A stretch of 64,000 nucleotides of DNA from assembly GCF_037042905.1 (NCBI RefSeq), contig NC_087251.1, positions 22,632,001 to 22,696,000 of the forward strand, in the 5' to 3' direction. Made by a program: the position numbers and the translations under genes. The notes under the pieces are model-generated. The model was not told the DNA's origin. It ran no database searches and saw only the letters and a program-made list of their open reading frames with translations. This document shows positions 37,368-49,871 of this stretch, piece by piece (within the stretch, counting starts at the first letter, position 1; the number at the start of each line of letters is the position of its first letter). The stretch is from Lytechinus pictus. Lineage: Eukaryota.

Positions 37368-40300
37368 AAGTAAGTCCCCCTAAATTGAACGGAATTATTT
37401 TGAGATATGATATTTCGTAGGTGGTTTTCTACACTCATTAAGCAACTCCTGGGGAAAAATGATATTGATCAGTTGAGTCATGCATGAGTAATTAAAGATT
37501 GAATTAAAAATGACAATTTTTTAAAGTCCAAGATTCGTTTTTCAGATTGTGCAAATACAAAGTTGGGCAAAAGGTGTTATGCTGTTTTACTATCCATCAT
37601 TTAGCCACTCCACACACAATTTTGATATCGTATGTTCATGGTTGAGTGAGCCCAATGTATTGCAGGGGCTGCCGAAGCGGGGGGGGGGGGGCTTCAGCCC
37701 CCCACTTTTTCCCAAAAGCATGTACAAAAATGTAAAAAATTACCATACGATTATGATTTTTGCATGGTCAGCCCCCCCACTTTGAAAACCGTTCCGCGGC
37801 CCCTGTATCGTGACGTATCATCATAGGGGGTTTATGGTAGTATCATCTACAACTTGTTAGATCATGTTAAAATTTGAAAATATTGGTGGCTCCCCTGATT
37901 ATAGGCCCCTCCCCCATTTCAAAATTCTGGATCCACCACTGATTTGTCCATAAATTAAACTGATCATGAGAAATTGTTAGGAAAAGAATACATTTATGCA
38001 TATAAAGAGTATTCATTCCTAAGTTTTCGAACGTGCTCGCTCAACCATGGAAATGTTCAAAGTTGAGAAATTGTGTGGTGATAGAAATGATGGATGATAA
38101 AAACAACAGCAATTAAAGTCACATTTGAAACCGAATTTGCCCCCAATATTCATTTTATTACCCTTTAAAATGAGTCTGTGACATTGAAAATACCTATTTT
38201 CCCACTTTGATGCGTGCTCACTCATCCATAAATAAACAAATCAATTTTATTTTTGCACAGAATTCTGCCCATAGGTTGATAAACATTACTGCCAAATGAC
38301 ATTGCTAAAGACAGCCTTGAAAAAAAGTTCCACCTTATTGAATAAGGGGTTATTTATTCTTAAACATATGCACCCATAATGTACACAAGTCTATGAGAGA
38401 GGAAGTCAACATTTTAACAAACATGAAATGAGGGTTTGTTTCATGGACGGTTTTTGTTACTTCTGCCAACAGTTATTTCATGAAACTTTGCACATGGCTT
38501 CAGAGTAACACTATCCAAAAGGTGCGCACACCAAAATAACCATTCGATACGGCACAGAGTGGGGCCAAGGCCTTGAACTTTCTTCTCATTTGCATAATTT
38601 TCTAATATTATGTGCTCACTAATGCATTAAACATCGGGATTTTCATAAAAATCAAATCAAATGAACTATGCAAGGAGGTTTGTGACAGATATCCATAGTT
38701 ATAAATTGCAGTTTTTCCAGTAACGTAAAAAAGAGCTAATCACATTCCGCATGTTCATTCAAGCGTGAATGTTTATTTAAACGCCGTTGAATCATTGAGG
38801 CATGTTAATTGGTCATGAACATAACAAAAAAGTTGAGAAAAGATCATTTTCAGAACTACCAAAATGAAACAATACTTGCCTATGATATTTAAAAATCGGT
38901 ATATTTCGTTTTCAATAAATGTTCATTGAACCGTGAAACGATGAATATTGTTGAAGATACTCTTCCCAAAAATAACTGTCATCATATTCTATCATTTTTA
39001 TTGATAGAAATGTGTAAAAAATCCAATTATAGCAAATTTGGACTTGTGTTTATTCAACCGTAAAATTTAGCCAAAAAAGTTGTATCATCTTTTAGAAAGT
39101 ACCTTTTACAAGCCTTCTGACTATTTTTCATGATGAGAATGTGGAATTAGTTCCAATAAAATGGAATCAAAGTCATATTTGGCTTGTGACTTTTGAAAAG
39201 TGACATTTTTGCCTTCTGACGGTGCTCACTGAAGCATGACATAAAATACGTCCATAACATTTACTCAGAGGGTAGCTTATAAAATTACCTACACGCTCAT
39301 GTAAAAATATATTAAAAACTCGCATTGGTTCGGAAATTATTGATGTTTGTTTAAGGGGGGACTTACTTTTTGTTGTTGTGTATATATCCCTTGTGTAAAG
39401 CATTTGCAGTGTACATGTACTGCCATTGCACGTACCATTCAGCCACTAATACAGTAATCAACTTTTACATGAAATTCATTGAAATTTTGCCTTGTCTGAC
39501 TATCTTAGCATAATATTTGGCTTAAAACTTGCCGACAAAGCACAATCAAGCATCATCTGCCAGGGTAATCCTTTCAATTCCTGTATATAAATATCAGAAA
39601 ATTGCTACTTTTTGAAAATTTCCAACATTACTTGAAAATTGCTGAAAATTCCCAAAATTCCCAATAAATTCCTATGGAAAGTTTCCACAGCGAAAATTCC
39701 TGGGAATTTTGCAACCCTAATTACACACCTTTATTCCCCCTTGGAGTTTTTGTACACCACGGCGACATTTAGCTTGGCTTAATAATGTATGTAGGCCAGG
39801 TTCATATTCCATAACCACATCTCTGAATATATCATCTACTTAACTCCAAGGGAATCATACCACTGTGTTTAATGATACATTAGATGATGATAAAATACAG
39901 TAGTGTTCAGATTTGAGAATCATGTAAGTTTCTTTTTTGTTATTGAAGTTAGGATGTGCATGTGTCTCTAGGAAGAAAAGTTCACACTAACATCTAATTC
40001 ACCTGACAAGATACTGAATTTATCTTTTTTTCTCACCTGAAGTTTCTCAAGCAGAATAATAATAGAGTCCTGACATAATATGTACACCATTTCTTAAAAC
40101 ATACTTATCCTACATTCTAATTACATTTTAATAAATGATCTTTTTTTAAATATAAGCTTGCAGGCATTTTTCAAACATATGGCACCATATTGGATCAATA
40201 GATTACCCCCAACAGTTCTTTCAGCATTTTTATATTCCTGTTAATCTGCAAGAACATGGAATTGTAATGCAGAATACAACATTCCCTATCATGTCTCTGT

Positions 40301-40603
40301 TTCCCTTACAACCTATTAAGAAAGAAGAGAAACTACAATCATTCTGTAATTGCTCAATTAAATAGTTTAGCTTCTCCTTATTCTTTTTTTTTTCTTTAAT
40401 ATTTTCATTACCGGTATATGTTTTTGTTCATTCTTCTAAACATGTTCACACCAGGGGAGTGTTTCATGAAATGTTTTGTGGGTAAGTTTTCCCTGACTTA
40501 TTTGCTCTCTGCCAATCAGATGCAGGGATCTGTCTGTGAAAATCACTGACAGACTTCTTTGCGAATCATCCCCCTGGTAAAGGACTCAGTGTATATTATT
40601 TAC

Positions 40604-40711
40604 CTGAGGATTTCTCTGGCAGTCTGTCTATCCTCCACATCACCGCTCTGTAGGCATGTTCATACTTTGCTGTTCCTACAGAGATCTCCAGTAGCTTTGG
40701 ATGAAGACAAC
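40604..40711 (-). CDS. STON2: Stonin, exon 4 (GCLHPKLLEISVGTAKYEHAYRAVMWRIDRLPEKSS)
   Basis: GTAKYEHA-x4-WRI-x-RLP is a stonin mu-homology motif; absent from the ORF track; ttccAG acceptor, GTAAAT donor; 108 nt, phase 1/1. Confidence 0.95.
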
Positions 40712-43700
40712 CTGGAATGACAAAGAGTATGAACACAAATTATTATGACAGGTTGTGACACTAAGTAGGATTCATGCCAATATCATCCCTGCTCCACACA
40801 GTATTATTCACACATACTTGTAATATTATAATAGTTTGTCACCAGTCTTGATGAATTTGCTTTTGGTTTCTCATCACATTTTTAAAGACTGTAAAATAAA
40901 AGGTGGTCATGAATAAAAACATGAGAGATTACAAAGAGTTAGGATGTGCTAAAAGTACCTGTTTTCTTCACATTGAAAATATGTACTTAAGATCACAGAG
41001 AAAGTGATGCATCTTGTACTTTAAAAAAAGATGAGATTTCCAGGGGAACTAGAAGGTTGGATCCAATGAATAGGAATTAAGACCTGTTTTTACTTTTCAA
41101 GTTATAGCTCCTGTTTTACTGTTTTTTTTTACCATTTACCACCCTTCCTCTTCAAGTTCAATACATCTCTGAAATCATCAATTCAAACAAGCTCTGCTGG
41201 ATAGACAAGAATTGAAATCAGAATTGCATTTTTTTTTTCAAACAAAAGGAAGTTTTTAATGAAATTGATAGCTTCATCCTGTTGTGAAATATGATTCTGA
41301 TACTTCCTATCCATAAATTACATACTAATGAAAAGGATGATGAGTTTTGATAGTGTGTCTCTCTGACTGGGTAGATACTTCATATTGAGATGGATCAGAG
41401 GGATATACCAGTCGAGGGATGAGACTAAGGCATCATACTCTGCAGGTATTACACTAGCAAATCCAGTGGAAATGTCAAAGTTGACACCATTACACAAAGA
41501 ATCATACATGTGGATAGCAGTGAAAAATTTTCAACAATTTGTTTAGAAAATGTACAAGTATAATGTAAGGATCAATACATTAATAGTACATTTCACCAGA
41601 CACAACTGATTGGTACCTCTGAAGGTACTATAGAAAGGACTACCTGAGTACACAAGGAGCCTGAAAATGGACACATGTACATGTATAAAGTACGATTGGT
41701 GGAGTAATGAGACAAAAACTGTTAAGAGGCCGAGTTTTAAATATTTTTTTATATCAATAATGTATTTTATATCATTTTTAATCAAATAATCATAGATTTT
41801 TCATGCACAGTTATCATGTTGAAAAATACTGATTTAACCCCCCCCCTCCCCAAAAAAAAGGTGAAGTTTCTAGATTTTAGCTATTAACAAAGTGATCTTA
41901 TTATCTTGGGCTATGCCTACATGTATATGGACTCAAGAATTTACCATTCCTTGTGAATTTTGTATCATTTCTATATACGAGATGGAGTAGGGTAGACAAC
42001 ACAATATGCATCTCCTCCTTCATTTCAATACTTTTTTTTTCTTCATCTCTGCAGACCCATTCTAAGGGCTAAATTATCCCGATTCATGCCAAGAGTTAAA
42101 TAATAATTCATAACCAGAAATGGAGCTAATAAAACTCTCAGAATTATACATCAATAATACAGTTTGCTATGCTTTACATTCAGGCTTCGTCGCACAATGA
42201 TCAATATATATCACCCTTGTAACTTCAAGAAGAGTTTATAAACATAAACATTGTACCTGCTATTTATAATATCATTCATTAAAGTTGTTGCAGTTGACAT
42301 CTCACTCTCTGCATGAGGATCAGTGGGAGGTTTGCAAACTTACAGTGTAGTGCCTACTGCAAAATTTCATATCATTCTGCATCATGTTTGTAACTTAGCA
42401 CACTAGTGACAATCATTTGTCTAAAAAGATTAATATTGATCACAGTATGACTGCTGTACATTCATGCAATATCACGTTCTCTTTTCTTTCTTTCCCTTTG
42501 TCACTCCATTGTTTGACTTATATAGCCTTCAATAGGAGCTGTTCTGCTCCATTAATCTCCAATTTAGAAACAAAGTCAAAAGAATGTCAATCAAATGCCC
42601 CAAGCACATGAACATGCTGATAAAGTGGCCCAACTTCATCAAAAGCTTGTATATTTTTAATAAAATGTCATGCCATCTACAGAACATGTATGGAGATAGT
42701 TCAATCTTCAAACAATAAAAGATAAACAGGGAATAATTTTTCTTTACAAATTTGAATAGCATTTTTGGTCATAAGAGAAAAGCTCGCAACTAAGTAATGT
42801 ACAGTCCTATGTAAAAATATGAAATACAAAAGACTTTATGCCTAGCAGCCTTTCAAAAATGTAAAGCAAATTGCGATGCGATACCAGGAAAATTATTCCC
42901 TCATAATTATGGATCAGGGCGATATCAGTTCTCAATATCCCAGACAATTTTTTTGTTTTCATTTTTAGGGGCTATTTTTCCCAACCTATTGGCCAAATCG
43001 GGAACATTAGGAAAGTATAACATCGCAGTGAATGGGGATTTTCTAGCTTGTCCAGGGCTTTTTTTTTATTTTCCAAGGCTCTCATTAGTATTTCCGGGCG
43101 AATTCGCCCGAGCCCCCATGCAATTTTTTCCCAGCAATATCAACATACAGTGTATTTCCTCCAGTCCTTAGAACATGGTTACATAGTATTTCATACATTT
43201 TCTAGCATCTTTCAATCACATCCAGTTCACATGAACTTAAACATCCCACAGAAATTACTACAATATATGTTCTTTTCTTTTGTTTTTACAGGACAGAAGA
43301 CTTCAGCTATGATTATGCTCTCAAAACAGTGGAAAGATAACTTATTACCTTTTATATGAATCTGTGTTTAGCACTTTATATCATATTTCATTGTATCCCA
43401 TCTTCAGTGTATGTAATTTAAAGATATAGAATAACAAAATATGAAAAGTTGCAGGCAGACTAGATTTACATGCTTGTGAAGATTAAATACATGTAACATC
43501 ATTCAAATGATATACAGTGTATTCCAAGCCGTGTACATGTACACAGAAGGGACCATTAGATCACTGCTTTATATTATGTTAATGTTAACCTGTGAAACAG
43601 CTTCTGTGATTCATTCTCCTTCGCTTCATAGGAGATCTATTACATGAATATTTTGTAAAACCTCACGCAAGACAGAAGCATGTTATGCTGTATACACTAC

Positions 43701-44929
43701 AGATCCACAACAATTGAGCCTTTCAATAAAAATGACTGAGAGAAATTTAGTAGAATTTAAGGAATATGATGGAAGTTAATACCAAAACGTTTCTCCAACA
43801 AAGTGAGATTCATCACGTAATGCACTCATAAAATTTCTACTTAAACTTTCTATTTCAATTTTTTTTCTTTTTACATACCCCCCCCAAAAAAAAAGATACA
43901 TACTTAATATCCAAACAAACCCAAGATAAGTGTACTGCATATCAAATGGATAATCTCAAAATATGATAAGATTACCTTTCATATCAATACATGTAGGCAT
44001 AATAGCTGTGCACACAATTTAAAAATGCTGATTAAAGAGAAATGAAAAGTAATATTTTTTCCCATGATGATCACATTTTATTCAAGATGGTGATGAGAGA
44101 TACGTAACTTCTGGTCAAGTTCCAAAAATACTTTTCATCCACTTTCCATTTGATAATTAACGATAAAAGAATATTTATTGTATCTATATGTTTCTTATTT
44201 TATAAAGAAATGAGAAAGAAAAATTCACCAATTTGTCTTACTCCTAGCTCACTTGGCCCTTGCCCTGCCAACTCTGGGAGTTGTGAAAATAAGTCATTTT
44301 AAATGTAATTTCTTTTTGGCCTTTTAATCATTCTAATACATGTACATGAATTGTATTAGTATAACACACATTTACCATGCCCTGTCTTCACTTTTATCAT
44401 AATTGCAAAAATGCAATTTTTGAAAATCTCTACTAAATTTAAAGATGTTGAATCAGATATCAATGTCTATCAGGAAGGCAGCTGAAAAAAAATATTATGG
44501 AGTAGTCTTAACATAAAAAATGTATCATGTAGATTTTTGTTCATTGCTCAACACTTTTTACATCATACATGTATGTACTTGATTTATAATCATCATGTAA
44601 TCTACCAATTCAATACACCACATGAGAATCTAGATCTACATGAATGTAACCTTATATTCCTTATCTTTCAATAAACCTCATCCCCATGTGACTTCATGGT
44701 TGAAAATCATGAACAGATGTTACCATCATTAAATTAGTGATATGAAGAAAATGATGGCCACCACATCCAAGGGAGTCCTGGGTAGAAACTGCCACCTCAA
44801 AATATGGAAACGGAGCGAAATAAAATTAATAAAGATGAATATTGGGCAAGAAAGGAAGGAACAATTAAAGAATTTATTTCGAATAAAAAAGGCAGACGGA
44901 CTGAGGGAAAGAGGAAGAAAGACATAGCA

Positions 44930-45145
44930 TTGAATTTTTGAAAATTGAAAGGAGAAAAAGAAGAACAAGAACAAGAAGTAGAAATGAAAGAACACGTGAA
45001 AGAAGAAGAAGTGCAACAAAAAGAAGTAGAAGAGGCATTAAAAGAAAACGTAAAATATAAAAACAAGAACAAGAAAAGGAGAACATAAATGAGAAAAAAA
45101 AAGAAGAGGGGGAAGGTAAAGGTGATGATGATGGTAACGAAGACA
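44930..45145 (+). repeat. GA-rich low-complexity tract
   Basis: Degenerate (AAG)n and (AAGAAC)n. Confidence 0.7.
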
Positions 45146-47151
45146 AACAACTTTTTTTGAAAGATAAAATGAATGAAAAAAAATCTAATCTAATGTACCG
45201 TAATCTGACGCTGCACAGTGGCTATCGGGCCCAAAATCAAATGAAAAATAATAATTTTTGAGTATTTCTGTTTCACATTTATATTTCAAACAATAAATAA
45301 AATAAATATGGATTTATGGAAGAGGAATCTGGATATTTACAAGTTAAAAGCATAAGAAGAGATGCAGTACCCATGTTTATCTACAACCATGTATCAATAG
45401 AATCAATTCAGGTCTACATGTAATCAAGACCATAAATTTGTAAAATTGTAAAGATTTACAGTTCATCCAATTGACAACGAACTTTCACCCATTGCTTGAT
45501 TCCTTCCATCACATTTACCTCATTATACGAACTATCCCATAATCAACTATACTAAAAACAAGGCAGTATCCCTCTAACCCTGTTCACATAGACTAAAACA
45601 AGATTTCAATAAAAACATTATTTTTGAAAGTCCATATTTGCACTTATTACACTACTTGTCTTAAAACCATCATTAAAATCCTTGACACATGTATCTCTAT
45701 TAATAATGACATTAAAAAAACTGATGCTATTCTGGGTACATGAAGGCAGATGTGCAATAATTGAATTTCTACAAGACTACATGTATATAAGATTGAACAC
45801 TTTGGTACATTTTGTAATCAAATATTAAAGTACATCCCAAAAAAAGAAGAAAACTGATGAATTTTCCGTCCTGCCAAGGAGTTGACACCTGAGAAGGTGA
45901 CTAAGAAGCCAGTAGCCAAGAAACCAAAGACTTTGAACCCCAATAAATGCAGCCATGGTCAATCTGATAATTTTGTTGGAAAATGGGCTGTTTTCGACTT
46001 ACACAAGATAACAGGAAAAGGTACTACAATCTAGTTCCTTGGTAACAAATCAATCAATTTCCCTTATCTTTCAAATTCATTTACAATCAAGTGAACATTG
46101 TAATTGCTTGAACTGAAAAATATGAAATACTGTAGTAACATCCAAAGTAGAAACTATGCATCAGTTGATGAAAAGAATTGTATATCATCTTGTTTTTTTT
46201 ATTATTGTCAATATTTTGATAATATAAAAGGGATACATGTAAAAAGACGCAACCCAAAAGTCAATTCGCAATATCCACATTATCTGCATCAAAATGAAAT
46301 ATAATTTGTGAATGGGGGTAAGAGGGTTTATACTGATGTTAGATCTCTAAAATATATACACTGTAGAGCTTTTAAAAATGACAGTAAAATTTGAAGGAAA
46401 ATAATGTAGCTGGAAAAACATTAATCATATCAGCTGGACATGTCAACAGACTGTAATTTAATATCCGAAGTTGAATTATGGCACTTTATTACGCATTATT
46501 TCCTGAAAATTAAACTTACAAAACACAGTGTACACTACAATGTTTCAGTATAGCAGAAAGCAAGGCTGAAAAAAAAGAATGTCGAACAATGAATAAAATC
46601 GAAGTACATGTACATTGTACATAATCTCACACTTTCAACATTAGAATATCTGTCATAATAAAATGATGTGTGCACTTCATGAAATCTAATACATGTACAT
46701 GTATATAAAAGAAGATAGCTGATAAAAGGTGTGAGGAGCAGATGAAATATAATTGTGGCAAGACCGATGTCCATGGAACAAACTAATGACACGTTTCCTT
46801 GGATACGAACAAAAAAAAGGGAAATGAATCTGTGATTCCATTCAATGTCATTTTGACAATTGGGAATGCCCTTGGGATTTGTCTTTTTAATGAAAATTCA
46901 ATTTCATATTATACTGCATAAAGTATGGAGTACTTAGACTAAGAATGAAAAACTTAAAAAGCCTGGAAAATGCTTGCAAATTATTATTCCACAGGCACAG
47001 CATTTCTTTTCACCATTAATGGATAAAGATTACATGTACCTGGGAATATAGGTTGGTCAATGCTTTGATTTGGATGTTCTACATGTAATTAAACATGTTG
47101 TAATTGACTCAATGGTACATGAATACTGTGGCTCATTGCTTTATAAAGCAT

Positions 47152-47421
47152 TGGAGCGTTGTGGCCCAGTGGATTAGTCTCCGGACATTGAAACAGAGGG
47201 TCGTGGGTTCGAATCCCAGCCATGGCGTAATTTCATTCGGCAAGAAATGTATCCACATTGTGCTGCACTCGACCCGAGTGAGGTGAATGGGTACCCAGTA
47301 GGATTTATTCCTTGAACGCTTTAGCGCCTATTAATATGGCGGCTTAGCTATAGCCGGGGTAAGCTACAGCCGGTGCACATAGTAACTGCGCTATATAAAT
47401 GGACATATTATTATTATTATT
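47152..47421 (+). mobile_element. tRNA-derived SINE, near full length
   Basis: A box TGGCCCAGTGG, B box GGTTCGAATCCC, body TATCCACATTGTGCTGCACTCGACCC..., GCGCTATATAAAT and (TAT)n tail; related fragments at about 740-840, 1475-1560, 30053-30120 and 31550-31680. Confidence 0.85.
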
Positions 47422-47793
47422 AAAGTACAGTATCTATGGCTCTCAATTGAAGTAAATTGTATAAACACAGTGTAAACAGAGACCAAAGATACTCAAGGAA
47501 GTTGAAATTAATCCAACAACCATTAAAACAAGAGAAACTTCCTGTTTTTGAGAATCATGTTTTCCCCTGGTCAGAATATCTTAGTGGCTATCAAGATTTT
47601 ACATGTAAATGATAGATTCCATAATTTGCACAGAATTGGCAGAGGTTCCACCAGTGACACCTGATAGAAAGTACTTGGTGGAATATTATTAAAGGAATGG
47701 AATACTGAAAGGAATGACTAGATTATAAACCTACTTTGAACCTTGAATATTCAAATAAAGATGGTTTAAGAAACCATTGATAAACATATTTAC

Positions 47794-47952
47794 CTCTCTT
47801 AATAATATCTGCCCTCTTGATGACTGCATGGATTGAGGATTGTCCAACCCTCTTTGGTTTCCTGAAATACGAGATCCAATGCTCTGGGATGGGAATGTGG
47901 ACAAGGATGTTTTCACACAGGAAATGGTTGGGGTTTCTCTTTCCAGAGCAGG
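47794..47952 (-). CDS. STON2: Stonin, exon 3 (ACSGKRNPNHFLCENILVHIPIPEHWISYFRK...IKR)
   Basis: Matches the stonin CENVxIRxPVPxEWVKxFR segment; cccAG acceptor, GTAAA donor; 159 nt, phase 1/1. Confidence 0.9.
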
Positions 47953-48189
47953 CTGGGTTACATTTATATTGCAAAAGATGAAAAGATAAAGAGTATTTTA
48001 GGATAATTCTGATCAATGAATTGATTTTGAACATCTATTTTTGAAACCTTACTGAAAGAATAACTAGCACATCAATGATGTGGAGCTCATCCGGCATCTC
48101 GCAACAAAATTTAACACAATTTTAATTTCAGCCCAGTTAACACTGTAGTGAATTATATTGGTGACATTAATTGAGGATATAGAATTGAA

Positions 48190-49490
48190 ATTGATGAAGA
48201 AATGACATAGAAGCATTTTTTGTGATCTATGAATAAATTTCATATAAATTAAGCATAAATAATTTTCTAGTCAAAATTTCTAAACTCTGTGTAGAACCTT
48301 GGTGAACCTCATGTAGCTCTGAGATGGAACAAAAATAATAGAAATCAATCAACAAATAAATAAGTATTTTTTGTGAGTTTTGAAAATATATGAATAAATT
48401 AGCATATTTAATGAGTTTCAAAATTCTGTGTTGAAATTTTGTATCACCACCTCGAGCTATCATATAAAGCAAACAAAATTTAAATTAATCAACATATGAA
48501 AAAGAAAAAACATTTTTTGTGATTTATGAATAAATTTTGCATAAATTAGCATGAATAATTTCGTAGACAAAATTTTGTGTACAAGTTTGGTGAACCTCAT
48601 GCAGCTCTACCAGATGGAAGAAAAAAAATCGAAATCGGTCAACAAATAAAGAGGCATTTTCTGTGATTTATGAATAAATTTCGCATAAATTGGCAGAAAT
48701 AATTTTCTACTGAAGATTTCAAAATTCTGTGTTGAAGTTTGGTGAACCCCATGAAGTTCTACCAGATGGAAGAAAAAAATCAAAATTGGTCAACAATTAT
48801 TAAAAGAAGAAGCATTTTATGTGAATTTTGAAAAATGCTCATAAATTAGCATATTTAATGAGTTTCAAAATTCTGTGTAGAAGTTTTGAATCCCCCACCT
48901 AATGCTATCATATAAAGCAAACAGAATTGAAATCAGACTTTAAATGACGAAGAAGCATTTTGAAATTCAGTCAACAAATAAAGAGGCCTTTTCTGTGATT
49001 TATAAATTTCGCATAAATTAGCATATATAATTTTCGAATCCAAATTTAAAAATTCTGTGTAGAAGGTTGGTGAACCTCATGAAGCTCTACCAGATGGAAG
49101 AAAAAAAAAATCAAAATCGGTCAACAAATAAAGAAGAAGCATTTTATGTGAATTTAAAAAAATATGCATAAATTACTTTTGCATAAAATTGTTCTAGTCA
49201 AAATTTCAAAATTCTGTGTTGAAGTTTGGTGGACCTAATGAAGCTCTACCAGATGGAAGCAAAAAATCCAAAATCGGTCAACTATAAAGAAGAAGCATTT
49301 TTTGTGAATTTTGAAAAATGCTCATAAATTAGCATATTTAATGAGTTTCAAAATTCTGTGTAGAAGTTTTGAATCCCCCACAGAGTGCTATCATATAAAG
49401 CAAACAGAATTGAAATCGGACTTGAAATGGTGAAGAAGAAGCATTTTCAAATTGTGGACGGACGACGGACGCCACGCCACGGCATAAGTT
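48190..49490 (+). repeat. Complex tandem array (about 9 units of 110-160 bp, two subtypes), probably the core of a Helentron-like element
   Basis: Recurrent AGAAGCATTTT...CATAAATTAGCAT...AAAATTCTGTGT.GAAGTTT blocks; ends in GGACGGACGACGGACGCC like the 36.5-kb element. Confidence 0.75.
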
Positions 49491-49871
49491 TGAAAAGACC
49501 CCAATGATTGTAGCTAATTGCAAAGAAAGCAAGTTAAGATTTAAGAACCTCAGATATCTGCTTCAGGGCTTCTGAAGACAACAGCATTTGGATCACTGAT
49601 AGAGCTCCCTGTCTAAAAATAAACGAATTTAATACTGTATACGTATTATCAATTTACTTGTAATAACGGGGGAATACCGGTAGCCATGAAAGATACAGTA
49701 TGTCCAATTGCAATGCGAATAAAAAGTATCAAATCTCATTTGCCCACACCAAAGAAAGTCTTACTGAGACTTGTACATAAAGCCCACTGATTAATCACTA
49801 ACTAATATACAAAATCATTATCTAATTTTAGTATGTACTAATCTATAGGTTGTTCAGTAAAATGACAGTAC

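Larger units (their letters stand above)
34382..39719. mobile_element. 5.3-kb non-autonomous hAT-like element carrying nested insertions
   Basis: TIR TAGGGTTGCAAA and TTTGCAACCCTA; perfect 8-bp TSD ATTACACA (34374-34381 and 39720-39727); subterminal GGAAATTT/GGAAAGTTT repeats at both ends. Confidence 0.85.

Noticed and set aside
41326..41439. Possible 114-nt phase 1/1 alternative stonin exon
   Set aside because: AG/GT and frame fit, but the polypyrimidine tract is poor and the peptide has no stonin similarity; exons 3 and 4 already join into a complete domain.
44729..45150. Hydrophobic Phe/Leu/Ser-rich ORFs
   Set aside because: Artefacts of a GA-rich low-complexity tract.
45840..46034. Lys-rich open stretch on + strand (KKKTDGIFRPAKELTPEKVTKKPVAKK...)
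   Set aside because: Looks coding but has no start or convincing splice sites and no recognisable family; possibly a decayed mobile-element fragment.
47152..47225. tRNA gene
   Set aside because: It is the head of a SINE with a body and (TAT)n tail; related fragments occur elsewhere in the window.
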